This document shows, one piece after another, positions 24,641-39,424 of a stretch of DNA of 64,000 nt. Position 1 is the stretch's first letter. Each line of letters opens with the position of its first letter. The position numbers and the translations under genes were made by a program. The notes under the pieces are model-generated. The model had not been told where the DNA came from. It did not search any database and was given only the letters and a program-made list of their open reading frames with translations. Source of the DNA: Azolla caroliniana (Eukaryota; Plantae; Polypodiophyta); NCBI GenBank assembly GCA_043228905.1, contig JBHGNT010000001.1, positions 15,066,001 through 15,130,000 on the forward strand, read 5' to 3'.

Positions 24641-27600
24641 TAAAGTGCATTCGAAAGCTCTTGAAGACCTCCATCATTTTGTACTTAGATACTTCACTAT
24701 TATTGTTTTATGTGATTCATACTCGATTTTGTACGTTTTATGTGATTTTCACAGCATTGCCGAAAATCTTCACGACAACGCACTTCCACCACCTTAGTCA
24801 TTAATGGATAATGATGCGCCATGTACTCATTGTACCCGTACCGTGTAACGGGGTTCTTCAGGTGGGAAGACCGACGTAACATGGTATTACCCAGTTCGGG
24901 GCCCAGCTTGGCCAGGTCGGACTTCGTTCCTAAAGATCCGCCTTCATCCTTTCTGGAGTCGGATTCACTCCGATTCGACTCAACGTTGTCGGTTTCGTAT
25001 TCCGACATCTTCTTCTGCCCCTTCTCTTTGCACGTGAACCATCTCCTTGGTTCCTTACATGGGGAGAGCACGACGGGGTCTCCAGTACTCGCCGGTTTCT
25101 CATTCGACTAGTCAGGCCGACTCGGCCGCTCATTCGGTCCACTTAGCCGAAATGAGATCAGACTCTCTTCTAGAGTGCCAAAGTCTTCATCTTCTACCTG
25201 GACCTGCTTGGGCTCACTAGCCTCATCTTCCAGAATCGGGTCTTCATCGGGAGTTGGAGTCGGTAAGGAGTACCATGATGCTGTCTCATCAAACTCGACA
25301 TCTTGGCTTACTCGCACTTGCTTAGTTCGGGGGTTATAGCACTTGTACCCCTTTTGCTCATGCGAGTAACCGACTAGAATGTACTTCTCTAACTTCGGAT
25401 CCAGCTTCCTCTGCTTCTCATCTGGTACATGCACATATGCTATGCTACTGAATATCCGAAGGTGTCTCAAATTCGGCTTTCGCCCGAAATACAGCCCGAG
25501 CCCGTGTGCTGACCTTGTCATCGATCCGGTTTTTGATGTATATGGTCGTCCATACCGCCTCGGCCTAGTAGAAATGGGGCATGCTCTTGTCCTCCAGCAT
25601 TGCCCTTACTGCATCGACAATCGACCGATTCATCCTTTCGGCCACACCGTTTTGCTCCAGTGTGTACCTGCAGCTAAATTCTCTCTGAATTTCGTTCTGC
25701 TGTAGATAACTATTGAATTGGCTAGAAAAGTATTCTTTCCCGCCATCCGACTGTAGGCTCTTGATCTTCCTCTCCATTTCCCGTTCAACCAACCTTTGAA
25801 GGTTCCCGAAACACTCGAGGACTTCGCTCTTCCTCTCGATGAGGTAGATCCATGTGTGCCGGCTATAGTCATTGATGAGGGAGACAAAATACCGAGTCCT
25901 GCCAAGAATAACGTTTTATGTTGGTCCCCATATATCCGAATGGATTAAATCAAGCTTGTTATGGCCCCGGTTTCGATTAGTGGGGAATGGAAGCCAATGT
26001 TGCTTCCCGAGTTGGCAGGCTTCACAAATTTCAACCTTCCGGCCGCTGAATTTCGGCAAACCGAAAACGACTTGTTTCGATTGCAAGTCTTTAAGCCTCC
26101 AATAATTGATGTGGTCGATCCACTTGTGCCACAGGTCGCTGTCCGATTCGACCTTCTGCCCTTTTGCAAATATAGCGGTCCCGACATCATTAGTGTTGAG
26201 GATGAACATCCTCCTGTCTCTACGCCCTTGCGCAATTATCTGGCTCTTTTCCTCGATCAAGCACCCTAGGTGCGTAAACTGCACCTGCATCCCCTGGTCG
26301 ACGATTTATCCAACTGACACCAGGTTCTTTGTGATAGTCAGAACGTGTAGTACGTTGATCAGCTTCCCCTTTTGTCCGACATGGCTTAAAGGAACTTCTC
26401 TGACATGTAGAATCGGGTGAGGGGTGTATTCTCCGATTTCGACAATCCCCGATTGTTCCAGTTTCTCCAAAAAAGAGAACCACTCTTCATGTCTCGCCAT
26501 GTGGTTGGATGCTCCGGAATCAACGTACCATACTTCCTCCAATCCAGAAGTAGTCTTCTTCACCGAGTTAGCCTTGTGCTTCATCACAGGGGCGGCCACC
26601 TTTACCGGTTTTCCCGGTTCCGGATCCTTCCGATCCTTCCACGTAGTGCGAGCTTTGTCGGTTCTCCCAACCGGTTTTGTCGGATCTGGATTTATCCGAA
26701 TCAGCGCGCTTCTTCCAGCACTAACTTTCACTGTGGCCCTTTTGGCCACAGTACCAACATTCCATGTCGGCCTTTCCTTGCCAATTCCCGGTGCCGCTTT
26801 GACCCCCCCCTGCTTGTGGAGGGTCTGGAACGGCTGTCGGCACACCCTCTGTGCCTCTAGTCCCACTCTTGTCGGCCACCTCCATTGTGTGCCCACCTAG
26901 CTCGTCCACCACCTCCATGGGGCCGATCTGTATCCGTGTACAACATTTGGTCGTTTGATTAAGTGGTCCTTGACCCACTCGCGTGGTTTTCCTCGACCAT
27001 CGGCATCGACTGCAAGTCAAAGAAGGGCGGTGGTTTCTCCCGGGTGTAGATTGATGTTTGGATTGGACCGTACCTTTGCGCAAGACCACCGAGGCAGATT
27101 TCTACCATCTCATCTTCGTCCACCATCACGTTGATGGACCCGAGTGCATCGCAAATCTCCTTTATCTTGGTGGTGTAGTCCGTAACCGACATGTCTCTTT
27201 GCCGGATGTTGTTCAGCTCTTGTCAGAGCTGCAACTTACCAGCTATGGTACTTGCGGCGAAAATCTTCCGTAGATTTTCCCAGGCCTCCTTCGGTATCTT
27301 TGCATCCTTGATGTCGCTGAGCATTTGATTATGCACACCGGACGCGAGACTGTACTGTACCCGACTCGTTCCTTGCTCTCATACCGGGAAGTCTTTGTGT
27401 GACGGCTTCGGTGCTACTTCATTTGTTCCTGCCATGAAGCTCCAATATCCATGCCCCAGAAGGTATTGGTGCATTTTATATGACCAAGACACATAGTTGC
27501 TCCGGTCGAGCTTCTCTGTTGGAAGTGAACTCGCCATTCCTCTGTCCATATATTCTCTCTATTTGTTGTTACCGGGTTCTAGGGTTTGTCTACGGAAGCA

Positions 27601-28093
27601 AATGTCGGCTGCAGAGGTTCTCAACCCTCACACTCTGATACCATGTGAATGTTAATGTGCTGAAGCGTCAGACGGAACCGGCTCAGCTGGATAGCAACAA
27701 AATGAGATGAAGGTTTAATGGAAAAGCTTCAAAGACAGAGGAGACAGAAAGAGTAGAACATAAAACTATATTCATAAATTAACTGTAAAACTCTATGGAT
27801 ACAACGTGCTAAACAACACTTTTTATACAAGTCCATAAAGGACTGATAGGATTACTGACAGGTACTTCAAGTCTCACAAGTGTGACTGACACTAACTACG
27901 AGACAATGATTACCTAGTAGTCTAGACTACTACTAGGCTTCCGGTTCCCGCTCGAATCCGGGTCTCCGATCTGGCTCCCTAATCCGGCAGGTTGTTTCCG
28001 GATACCGATCCGGCTCATCCTTCCGGATGCCGATCCGGCTCAGGCTTATTTGGCCGATCCAGATCCGGTTGAGCTTGCTCGCTCAACATTTAG

Positions 28094-30997
28094 TTAATAT
28101 AGTTTTTAGTTGTAGGAATTCTGAGCACTTGTGTTAATATTTATATAGATCTATATGTTGTTCTACTACAACAAAATTGATCATGATACAGAATATGGTA
28201 TCGTAGGGTATCATTAACATAGTTTAATCCATTCGTACTCTACAATTCTTTGATATAACGTTCGACTTTATTGATTGTCAGTGACAGAGTAGGTTGTCGA
28301 TCGAACAACATAGTAATTTGGGCACGCCCGATTACATATGCATTCAGTAGAGAACAATCGACTAGATGTCGTTTTGTCTAGATATACTAGTCGATCGTAA
28401 ACGTCCTTGTACACGATCAGTTACGAAGCATGTCAAAGAGGATTCTACTGTTGTTGATCAGCAATAAACAAATCGGAGGTGGTCTTCAGTTCCCGAGTTA
28501 ACTGACAGTCAGTCGGACTGAAATCAGTTAGAAGAGGTATCATTTTACGATATCTGGAGTGAAGACAATATGCCTTACCCTTACTTGAAATATCGAGATG
28601 GCGCTGATATAGAAGTGCATATTACGGACTTTTTGACAACATGGGAAATAAACCATGTAGAGACTATCAACGACAGCTGAGGATAAGTCTAAAATTGTTG
28701 AGTTTGTTTTGTCATTAGATGGCCACTCGGCAAATTGGTTTGCTCAAAATGGTTTCTTGAGCGTTCGAAACATTCGAACAATTAACCAACAAATTTATTC
28801 AACTATTTCATTTGATAGCCCAATTTTATGCATCGTATCACGAACCGCATGAAACGGTGTCACAATTTGTCATTCGATTTTAGAATCTATAGCTCCAAAT
28901 TTCTAGGTCAATTCCAGATTAGGAACTAAAGGATATCTTTTTGGAGGCAATCCGTGAACCACTACGAACAACATTAGCAGTGTTCAATTTCCACCATTAG
29001 TCAATTGGTCAAGTGATTGATAAGGCAATTGCTATGGATCAGAATCACAAAAATAAAAGAAGTATGGATATGTCGGCATTACACCATAATCTGCGGACTT
29101 TAGAGGAGTTACAGTTTCGACAAGCAGTGCAATGTACCAATTGTCTCAACACTAGGCATTCAACAATAGAATGCAGTTTGCGCACTCATTGCACATCTGT
29201 CACTCCAAAGCTCACTCCATAGAGCAATGTGAATATAATTTTCTTAATAAAGCAACAACGTCTATACGACAAATTCATCCGGAGAATGGTTACCAAGACA
29301 ACCATAATAGGTTCAACAATAGGTATCAAGAGGATGATCAGTATGATAATCGAAATTATTCGGACAGATGACCAAATAATGATTGGAATGATTATAGGCG
29401 GAACGATGGTTATGATTGGACTCGTGATGAAGATTGATAGCATGATTATCGAAGAGATGATCGCAATAATCAGGATCAAGATTTCTCACCACCTTGGGAT
29501 AATGGAACAAAATCGACCATCCAATAAAAAATTTCATAAGCCAAAAGCGTCTAGGCAAATTTAGCATGATTGTGAGAGAGAAAACCCGGATTTCAACGAT
29601 GCTAGACGTCCACAATTTGAATAGGGTGAAGCTAGTGGTTCATCAATCCCAAATTGATATATTTGCAAGAAAGATGGGCATTATGCAAATCAATGTTCGA
29701 CTAAAGACAAGGGAAAAGCACCTGTTGTTAATATGGTGGTTCCAAAAATTCAGGAGGTAACTACCAGAAGTAAAGGTAAGCAATCAAAATGAGAAATCCA
29801 GGACGCTGTTAGAAAAGCAGCCAAAGAATGGGTTGAAGAAGCGAATAAAAATAATGTGTCCAGAATGCTACAGGATAATGAGATAAACCAAGTAAACGAG
29901 CTACCCGGATCAATACCAATACGAGAACAAGAAGAAGCTTGGAAAATCTTGGCAAATTATCAAGTTTCATTACCCTTAACCGGCTTATTGAAATTAGTTC
30001 CATGGTTAACGGAGAAAGTGGCCACTTTGAATGCACAAAAAGGGGTAGAACAAGTATCGGTTAATTATAATCAACCGAACAATAGTTCGACAATTATGGA
30101 TGAGCAAAATCCATCAATAAAAGTAATGATTCATGGACAAGAAATAGACGGAACTATTGTAGATGGCGGATCAGGAGTAAATGTAATCAATAAAACTACC
30201 TGTGATAAGCTTGGTATCACTAAATGGGAGGCATGTCCATTCTGGCTAGGAATGGCTGATACTAGTATGGTACGACCACTCGGCTTAATCAGACAGCTAG
30301 ATGTCATTTTAGGGGGACATACTTTTCAAATATAAGTGGTAGTGCTTCATTTCGAGGCTCCTAGAGCATATCCCTTGTTATTAGGCCGACCATGGTTAAA
30401 GACTCTGAATATTAAGAAGAATTGGAATAAGAATTTATTAACATTCCGGAAAGGAAAGAAAAAAAATTGGGTGTCCACTCAACATAAGGTCAGTACAAGT
30501 CAGCAATGTCTACCAGTTCATGCAGAGGCAGTCAATATGATGGAGGGATTGGATGAAGCTGAGGAGAATAATTATTTCAATGACAACCCAAAAATCATTC
30601 CCTTGTTCGAGGTCGACATTTTGCAAGCTCTTACATCATATATTGACACATAGGGTGACATACTAATAGAAGATCAAACAATGAAAGAGATTCGCCTTTA
30701 GCAAGAAGCTACAAAAAATGAAATGAAGGTATCGCAAAGAGTTCAAGCTTCAGCATTGGAAGAAGTAAATTTAGTTGATGAAGGTATAACCCTTGAACCA
30801 AAAACAATATTGATCACCAAGGAAATGTTGTCATATGACAAACAACGACTCATCGGCTTACTCAAACAGTATAAACATGTATACGCTTGGTCCTTCGAAA
30901 ACATGAAAGGATTGGATCCAGCCTTTTGTCAACATCAAATTAATCTTCACAAAGATGCTAAGCCAGTCCAACAACGACGGTATCGTCTGAACCCAAA
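28094..30997 (+). mobile_element. second Athila/Tat-like gypsy (leader, gag, PR, RT start), truncated; leader probably also includes about 20111..20330
   Basis: Colinear protein similarity with 1..2160 (LQFRQ..QC..CLN, IVDGGSG, AYPLLLGR.WLKT, YR.NP). Confidence 0.88.
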
Positions 30998-32182
30998 GAC
31001 TCTGATACCGGCCTCTTCCCCGGTTATAGTCATCTTCCGTAACCAAGGCATTCGGATCGGTTCCGGACTCCCGGTCCTTTCGGCGAGCTTCTTCATCTAG
31101 CAAGCTTCATTTTACCCTTGCTAGGGACAACTGCTCTCCTTTCAGCCTGACGTTGCCCAACGTGACAACTAACGTCTCCCAACTATCCGGGAGGGAACCG
31201 AGTAGGAGCAATGCGATTACCTCATCCGCGAGAGGTACTTCCAACGAGGTTTCTTGGTGTATTAGCCCCTGGAAGGCATTCATGTGCTCCGTCATATTGG
31301 AGCCGTCTTGGTACAGGAGCCTCACTAACTTCCGGAATACTGAAACCCGATTAACGACATTTTTGTTCTGGAACATGATGCCGATCTTCTCGAAGCGTTT
31401 ATGAGCCTTACTTTCTTCATTGAAGTTGTTGTACAGGCTCATGTCGATGAAGCACCGAATATACGCCGTTGTCTTCATGTGCATCACCTCCCATGTCGTG
31501 GCATCGATCTTGTCCGGTTTCTTGTCCCCAAACTGTACCGGCAGCCAGAGATCTTTGACCACGAGCATGTCCCTGATCTTTGACTTCCACACTCAGTAGT
31601 TAGAGTTGGTGAGCTTGAACATGCCACTGAACAACTCTTCCATTTCCTTTGTCGTTCACTCTGATACCAGTTTGTGTGTAAAATAACACTCAGCCACAAC
31701 AGAGTCTTAAACAACGAATGGAAGAAAACAAACTAACAACTAGAGATGACACAGGATGTTTACATGGAAAACACTAAACGGGAAAACCACAGGAGTCCAC
31801 AGACTCCAACTATCACTATGAGAGGAGATATACAAAGTGAGACTTAGAGGGACCGACCTCGAGCTCTATGTCTTAGCCAAAACCGGCGGTTACAACAGAA
31901 AGTGCTCGTAGCTACTCTCTCGCTCTCTCTCTCTGTACAACAATAACAACAACCACATTTCTGTGATTGCCCTAAGTCATATGACCTTAGGGCTATTTAG
32001 AAATATAGCCTCATTGGGCTTATTCTAACATATTTACAAATTTGTTCCATCCTCCGGTTCTCACCGGGTCCATCCGATCCGGTTTCCGGATTCCATCCGG
32101 ATCCCTTCTAGATCTGGTTCCTTCATCCAGTTTTCCTTCGGTTCTCAACCGGATCCCATCCGGACAGACCGAAATCCCAACA
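30998..32182 (-). mobile_element. 5' part of a Tnt1/Tork-like copia (LTR 31673..32182, PBS-Met, gag)
   Basis: PBS TGGTATCAGAG at 31659..31669 (minus); gag WKSKIRDMLVVKDLW...LLLGSLPDSWETLV. Confidence 0.9.
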
Positions 32183-32399
32183 CATCCATGTTGAATCAGT
32201 AGCACTGCTTGTGATTCAAAAGGATTATTCCAACCATTGAACCTAATCAATCCTATCCAAACCATGCGACCTCAAAAAATGTAAATAAGGTATTTGAAAT
32301 AGAGGATGATGAAAGTAACACGTGATGAATTGGCTCACCAAAACTAGTATTTGTAGTAGTAATTTCCCATGCTTTGGATGTTGTTATATAAATCTTCAA

Positions 32400-35300
32400 A
32401 ATGAACAGTGGACTCCAAGTATCATGAGAAATTGTATGACTACTCTTTACATAGAAGACTTGGGTCATATCGAGGGAGCCTTTTCACTCAATAATGGCAT
32501 GCCACAAAAAATCATTGCATCAAGTTCTTAGAGGATGGAATATTAGTAAGATACATTGAGGTGTATGCCATACAATGTTGACTAAGCATAGGCCAACTAA
32601 AAGATTCCTCCCACCACTAGGGAAAAACATAATATTAGCACTTTGCAAACATAGACATAAAGATTGTGTTAATTATGTGAACTTGGATAAATTGAAAGCC
32701 ACAGATATCTTGCACGTAGGTGCCCAAATTACAAGCACATCATACACAAGTATGCTACCCTCAAAGTAGACGTCACTTTGACCAAAGCTAGGTGAAGCTT
32801 CAAAAAGATAGGAGACTAATGCTTGTATTACCATGTAGAATTCAACATTTTTTGAATATCAATTATCTCTTTTATATCATGGAATATTCACTCCATTTCT
32901 GCAATGCAAGGCTCTGTTCATTTCTCCCGGTCAAATGGTAGTGTGGTTGCAACTAATTTTGCACGATTGGATAGGTTCTATGCTAGTAGCTTTTCTTGGG
33001 AAGCTTCTGGATCTATGGGGATTATTGTCGAGACGGTAACTTTTGATCATTATCCAAGTTAAACATTGTATTCACCAGAAGATCCTATCTTAACCAATTC
33101 CGTATACCAATCTCATTGCTTGGCGATGAAACTCATAGAGTTTCTATAGCTCAAACATGGTCTAAATATAGCTTCTCTGATGCCTTTCTCCTCAGAGATA
33201 TAACTTATGCCATCCTTGATGTCAAAAGTTTCTTCATAAATGTAGTTGCCTCTTCACTTGATCCATGAAGTGCACAGATTGCTAATTTGCATCGAGCATT
33301 GGCTGCAACACAAAAGTTATTGGAAAAATACCCAAACTCACCTATGGTGCTCTCGGATTTACAAGTAAAAAGAAATTTAAAAGAAAAGCAACATGTGAGA
33401 GGCTTGTATTTCAACTGGCGTAATACAGCTTCTTGGTCACAAAAGTAGGATAGGGGGTTAACAGAGAGTTCTTCTGTCAATTTAAATAGAAGTATAAAAC
33501 ACTATCTATTAAAACCCTAAAACGACTTGATGGTTCTTACACAACAGATGATTCTGAGATGCGGGACATAGCTACGACAAATTACCATTAGTTGTTATCT
33601 GCTAAATCCTTCTTAGAGGAAGATCTTAATAAGAGACAACTTGAACTAGAGACAATACAATAGAAGGTCACTCATGTAATGGCTTCCCAGTTGCTTCAAC
33701 CATTTACAGACACTGAAGTCTAGACAACGGCTAAATCCCTATGTAAATATGTGTGTCCTGGAAAGGATGTCATAGGAGTGGTATTTTATTTGCATTACTA
33801 GGACTTGGTGGGGCCTATTCTTACTAGGGAAGTTAATTTAATTTTCTTAACAGGGAATCTACCTGATGAATGGACGGAAGGAGTCATATACATGATCCCG
33901 AAATCAAATGCTCAATGTAATGAAATCTCAAAATAGTGTCCAATAAGTTTGCCTAAAGACATCTATAAAATAGTAGCAAAGACTTTAGCCAATAGAATGT
34001 AATCGTTGCTTCCCTCGATTATACATGATACACAATCAGGATTCCTTCAAGACAAAAGCATCTTTGACAATATCTTCCTTTTTTGGGAGATGATTGCATT
34101 GGCTCAACATCACAAACAGTCCCTTGCTATACTATTATTAGATTTTGAGAAAGCATATGATAAAGTAGATTGGGACTTTTTGGAGGAAATTCTATTAAGA
34201 TTAGGGTTTCCAAGTGCATGGATAAAATGTGTGTCTGCATTATATAGAAATGCTTCTAGCTTGGTTCTATTTTCTAGCGGCAATAGTACATTATTTCCAA
34301 TTTCCAGATCTGTTTGACAAGGTTGTCCATTAGCACCGTTTCTTTTCATTTTATTTGGGGAAGCTCTATCATCTTTTCTTATATCCTCGACGACGGCCAT
34401 CCAAGCAATAGCCTTACCTATTGCAAACTCGACAGTTCTTGATGCTGAGTTTGCGGATGACACTGCTCTTTATATTCGAGGAGATGTTATTAATCTTGAT
34501 CGGGTACAAAATGCTTTGCAGATATTTTCCGACACTACTAGAGGCTCTCTCAATTGGAATAAATCTGTAGGCCTTTGGGCCAGTGATGAACCGCATCCAG
34601 AGTGGTATCCAGGCACTGCATTTTGTTGGCTTAATCATGGGGAGCCCATTTGTTACTTAGGTTGTCTTGTTGGTATAGATTTACCATCTAAAGTGATGCT
34701 ATCACCATTGCTATTATCAATCAGGCGTAAGATGGTATATTGGGACTCAAAGCAATTATCCTTTGCAAGTTGGGTTGTCATTGCAAATTCAGTGTTGTTG
34801 GCCTCACTGTGGTTTATCACATCTGCTTGGTTGTTCTCTAGGTCAACAATCATGAAAGTTCAAAGCCTCATACGTAACTTCCTCTGGGGTGGAAAAAATG
34901 GGTCTCGTGTAGTGGCCAAGATGGCATGGGATGTTTTGATTAGGCCAAAAAGCTAGGCACGGTTGGCTTTAATAGATCCCTTGATACAATCTTGAGCTCT
35001 CTTGACAAAGTTTGTAGTAAGAGGATTGTTGCTAGGAATAGAGGCATGGAAGGGTATGTTGCTTAATTAACTGATACAATTATCTCCCAAGATGGGAGGA
35101 AACTGGTTGCCTTCTTTGAAATGGATGTTCTTGACAGATGTGCAGACACCGAGAAAACATCTAACATCTAATAGATTTCTCCTGCGAATCGTCAGAGCAT
35201 GGGATGTAATCAAATTTTTTTTACACAAGCAGATGCATAACACATGGGATGGTTGGATGAATCAAGCGCTTTTGGCTAATTCTCTCGCCCTAGATTCTAT

Positions 35301-37600
35301 TGGAAATGTATTGGGCCTTAGACCTCGTCTTGCATGGGGAAAACTTGACAATGGGCCAACAACATCAATAGGATCCTGAATTCATTTTCAATAGATGCCA
35401 GAAGTGGATCGGCTTAAGTAGTTACACTCGATATATGGGGCGAAGACAATGACAATGGATATTTCAGTGGCCTTCTCAGATGCCTCAATGCGACTTCAGT
35501 CAATACAGGAGCATACGTGGTTTGGTTGCCTTATGAATGACATGATGCTCTTTGTTAAAGGAATTTCAACAAACGGGTGTATTTTTTATTTCCATATTCA
35601 ATAGGATAATAAATTGCAGCCTTATACACCCTCAGATAATTTACTACAAAACCTACTTGTTTTTCCAGTTAGGGTGATTGCCAAAACTGGTAAGAAATGG
35701 CTCTTGGATCCACAACCGTCAATAGCTCATTTGTGGGATATGCTTTGGTTATATGCACGATAACCAATTAATAGGCTGATGTGGGTCCCAAGGGGATGGT
35801 TCTTGACTAGTCCTATGATGGATCCAATGCAGAAAGTTCTATTCTTTAAGTATACTCTAAATTTTGGTAGAACATTACTCATGTCTAAGAATATTCTAAC
35901 TCCTGCGGCTCAAAAGCAGTGTAGTATGTGGGGTTTCAAGAAATCATTTGAAGCTATATTGGAAATGGATTTGGTCTTTTAGGGGACCAACGAAATTCAT
36001 TCTCTTCAGATGGCTTTTACTACATGCAACACTACCAGTAGGTTAGTCATTAAAAGGAAATGTGGCAACTGTTCTTAGAGAATGTAGTTATTGCAGTGAC
36101 TTGTAGGAAACTACCAAGCATGCTCTCTGGTCCTGTTCACTAGCCCAACATGTATGGAATAAAGTTCTTTCTTTATTCCTAACAATTAATGTACGTTGCC
36201 TCTTCTCCTCGGGATCAACAGTGTCATAGTGTATTTCGTACACTACATGAAAAACGTATAAAATAACCGATTGAATAAATATGAAGAAAAAGAAAGAAAT
36301 ATCAAAATATATATTACATGCATAGGGCAAGATTCAAACATTATACCTCCATGTTAATAATTTGAAGCCTTACCATTACACTAACACATCATGAGTGTTA
36401 AAAAAGTAGATATCCCACATAGAAAGGTTACTTCACGCATATTTTCTAAAGCTTTACTTAAAAGAAAATCACATGATAGAAAAAAGCTACACATGCACAT
36501 TTAGCGTGCATAAACACTATAGTCGATAAAAAACGCATGAGGTTAGAGAAAGCATGATCACTTTTAGAAAAAGTATGTTAGAGAAAGCATATAGTCTATA
36601 GATAATAAAAAGCATGGATTGCTAAGACTCTCTCATCACTATATAAGGATGGGGAGCACAATGCAATAAAGAGGTAGGAAAACTTTGGAAATTGGATATA
36701 TTTACAAAAACACCAATTAATAAATTATATTCGTGGGATTCACGAAATAAACTGTACTTGTGGGATTCACAAGGTTTCTATATCTCTCTCATTCAATCAA
36801 AATTCATATTCTTATCTTAATATTAATTAATCTAATAAAATACATTATACTCGTGGGATTCACGAGGTTTCTATATCTCTCTCATTCAATCCAAATTCAT
36901 ATTCTTATCTTAATATTGATTAATCTAATAAAATACATTATACTCGTGGGATTCACGAGGTTTCTATCTCTCTTTCTTAGAATCTATTCATAACTATACT
37001 CGTCTCAAATTCTTCCTCCTCCTAGTCCAAAACCCCAGCTGTTCCCCCCCGACTCACGCAACGATCCGACGTCGAAAGGCACAACAACGGTATGGGGGGT
37101 TCTCCATTCCAGTCTCTTATTGTATGAGGTAGATGATGTTGTAGAGGCTAAGATAGTCATCAACAAGCATCTAATATCTATCTCCCCTTTTCAGCAACCT
37201 CGAATGCAAATGTGTGCAACATATGTATGGAAAACAATATCTACAGTTACATTATGGACCTTATGGAAGTGTCGTTGTAAAAGACAATATGATTCCATAA
37301 TTCTCCTTCTCTTAGATATATTGCCAGAATTATGGGAGAGCTTATTGGCGGTAGTGCATGGGCAATATGACAATATGTCGGGCTCTTCGGACCTTGTTCT
37401 TAAGAAAAGGAAAAAATTGCTGCAGTTATGGAGGAAGTTGCCTCTATTCACAGTCTCCTCTCAAGGACCAATATGGAAATATCATCACCCCTGGCCCTTG
37501 CCTTGATCATCCTTTTTGTATATAACACTCTCTAAGTGTACATTTTGTAGCTTTTCAGCGTTTTTTCTTAATACTAATGAAGGAAATCTTTTCTTAACAC
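32400..37600 (+). mobile_element. decayed L1-clade LINE (ORF2: endonuclease, RT, zinc finger); 5' boundary approximate
   Basis: APE motifs RLDRFY (about 32963) and DHYP; RT QSGF, LLDFEKAYDKVDW, GCPLAPFLF and EFADD; C-terminal C..C..H...C near 36060..36135; T-rich 3' tail after 37506. Confidence 0.9.
36222..37086 (+). repeat. solo LTR in the LINE, with an internal 93-bp tandem duplication
   Basis: TGTCAT..ACAACA; 4-bp flanks ACAG/ACGG; 93-bp period at 36757, 36850 and 36943 carrying the hairpin CTCGTGGGATTCACGAG. Confidence 0.88.
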
Positions 37601-38519
37601 ACTTCCACAAACAACTTGTTGAGTAATAATGCACATAGGTAAGACCATCAATACTAGATTATGGAGATCATTTCTCCTCATGTCTAATCTACATGAGGCC
37701 AATTCCACTTCTCAAATTTCGTCATAACATCATTTTATGATATTAACGAATCTTGAATATGACGTCTTAATTGGTATTGGCTATCTCCAAAATCATTCTA
37801 GCTATGGTATTGAGGCAATGATTTTAGATAGTTAGGAACTCGAAAACATGAATACACCCATATTTGTACTCAAAATTTTCCTCATAGGGTAAATTTGGTT
37901 TTTTTCTCTTTCTATGAAAGCATTAGAATTAGAATGAGAAAATTTTATCCATAAACATTTCAATCTTGACCCATGAGATCTATTTACACAAATATTCTTG
38001 GCGTGTGTCTCATTCCTAAGAAGTGATATTTATCCTTTCGAGAGAAAAGTGTCAACATATGAATAGTACACTCACATAATATCCCGACCTTCTAGGTGGT
38101 GCTTAGTATGAACTCTAAGTTATCACACTCTCTTAATGTGTCGATAAACCTCTCATGAATCCCACTATATGTTGACCATGGACAAAGCAAATGATATGAA
38201 TCCTCTATTTTCTAGGTCTTCATTGAACACCTTACATTTCATCGTACTTGATAAATTTTGATGCCATGATAGAACTTCCATACCTAGCTTTAGGGTAAAA
38301 GCTTTATGAGAGTTAAAATTGATGATGGTTACATATTATCGTTTAATATGATCGTTTTTAACATACCTTTATCTTTTCTATATAGTCAATTTTTCTAATG
38401 TTAGAATGTAAAAATAAAGGTCACATTTGATGCCTAAATGTAAAATAAAGTACTTGTATTTGAAAAGTATTTATAATATATGCATATATATGAAGAAAAG
38501 GTGGGAAAGATGAATTTCA

Positions 38520-39070
38520 ATCAATGGGAAAGACCTTCACATTGTTGTTGGATGGATGGCCCCCCTCCCTCCAATCACAACAGTATACAAATTAAAGAGT
38601 AAATAAAATAGTAAGAGGGTGAGGTGTTGTGAGTTTGGAAGAAAAAGTGCAAGTATATAGATAATGCTAACATCCTTGGGATGAGGAATTTACTTTTGCA
38701 ATTATATTTGCCATTTCTTACACATCTATTTAATTAGACTCTATCTTATACGATGGATGGATTTGCATCCCCTTAGTACAAAATTATAGAATGGGAAAAG
38801 AATTTGCATCAAAGAGAAAGACCTTCACGTGGTTGATGAATGTATGGGGCCCCCACTACAGCATTATACAAATGAAGATGTGAATAAAATAGCCAAAGGT
38901 TGGTGTGTTATCAAATTAAGAGTAAAACAGGGTCTATAAAATAATTCGTCACTATTACTTATGCACCTAGTTTTATTTGAATCAATTAACAACTAAAAGG
39001 CCATGACCATGACAGATAGAATGGATGGATGGATGGGCCTCCCACTATAAGAATATAAAAATCAAAGTTT
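38520..39070 (+). promoter_or_regulatory. thrice-repeated upstream motif block before the dirigent gene
   Basis: GAAAGACCTTCAC..GATGGATGG/GGCC(C)CC..TATACAAAT near 38528 and 38816, partial near 39020; G-box CACGTG at 38826. Confidence 0.45.
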
Positions 39071-39424
39071 TAGTAAAGGAGCACGAGAAATAAAGGAAAC
39101 ATATACATAAATATTGATACTTATTGTCCTCATTCCGACATTCGAGTTCCTTTGTAGGAATCAATGGTCCTTCTCACCAACCCGATTTTCACTTTGATCA
39201 ATTACAACACCAATAATGTTCTTCCTTTGCACTCACTTTGCCTTTTTAAAGGAGTTCAAAAGTAAATTGAAGATCCTCTCTTCCTCTACTGTAAATAAAT
39301 AAGTGGTTCCTCACATGAAGCCATGTATCCCCAATACATACACATATGCTTCAAGTTCCTACTAAAGAGAGAGAGAGAGAGAGAGAGTTCCATCCTTGGA
39401 ATTGAAGTATCTACCATTTCAACA

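Larger units (their letters stand above)
22844..24777 (-). repeat. solo LTR (TGTCGT type) inserted in the copia pol
   Basis: Reverse complement of LTR 53055..54097; 4-bp TSD ACGT/ACGC; copia sequence resumes at 24778. Confidence 0.92.
20331..28088 (-). mobile_element. full-length decayed Ty1/copia element, same group as 11468..17331
   Basis: LTRs 20331..20777 and 27644..28088; TSD TTTAG; PBS-Met 27631..27643; gag-PR-IN-RT-RH remnants. Confidence 0.95.

Noticed and set aside
31000-31009. Extra PBS-Met (CTCTGATACC)
   Set aside because: There is no adjacent LTR; it falls in copia gag coding sequence at a deletion junction.
39323-39424. Longer 204-aa dirigent start
   Set aside because: The extension runs through a GA microsatellite typical of a 5' UTR and is not signal-peptide-like; ATG 39425 has an optimal context.
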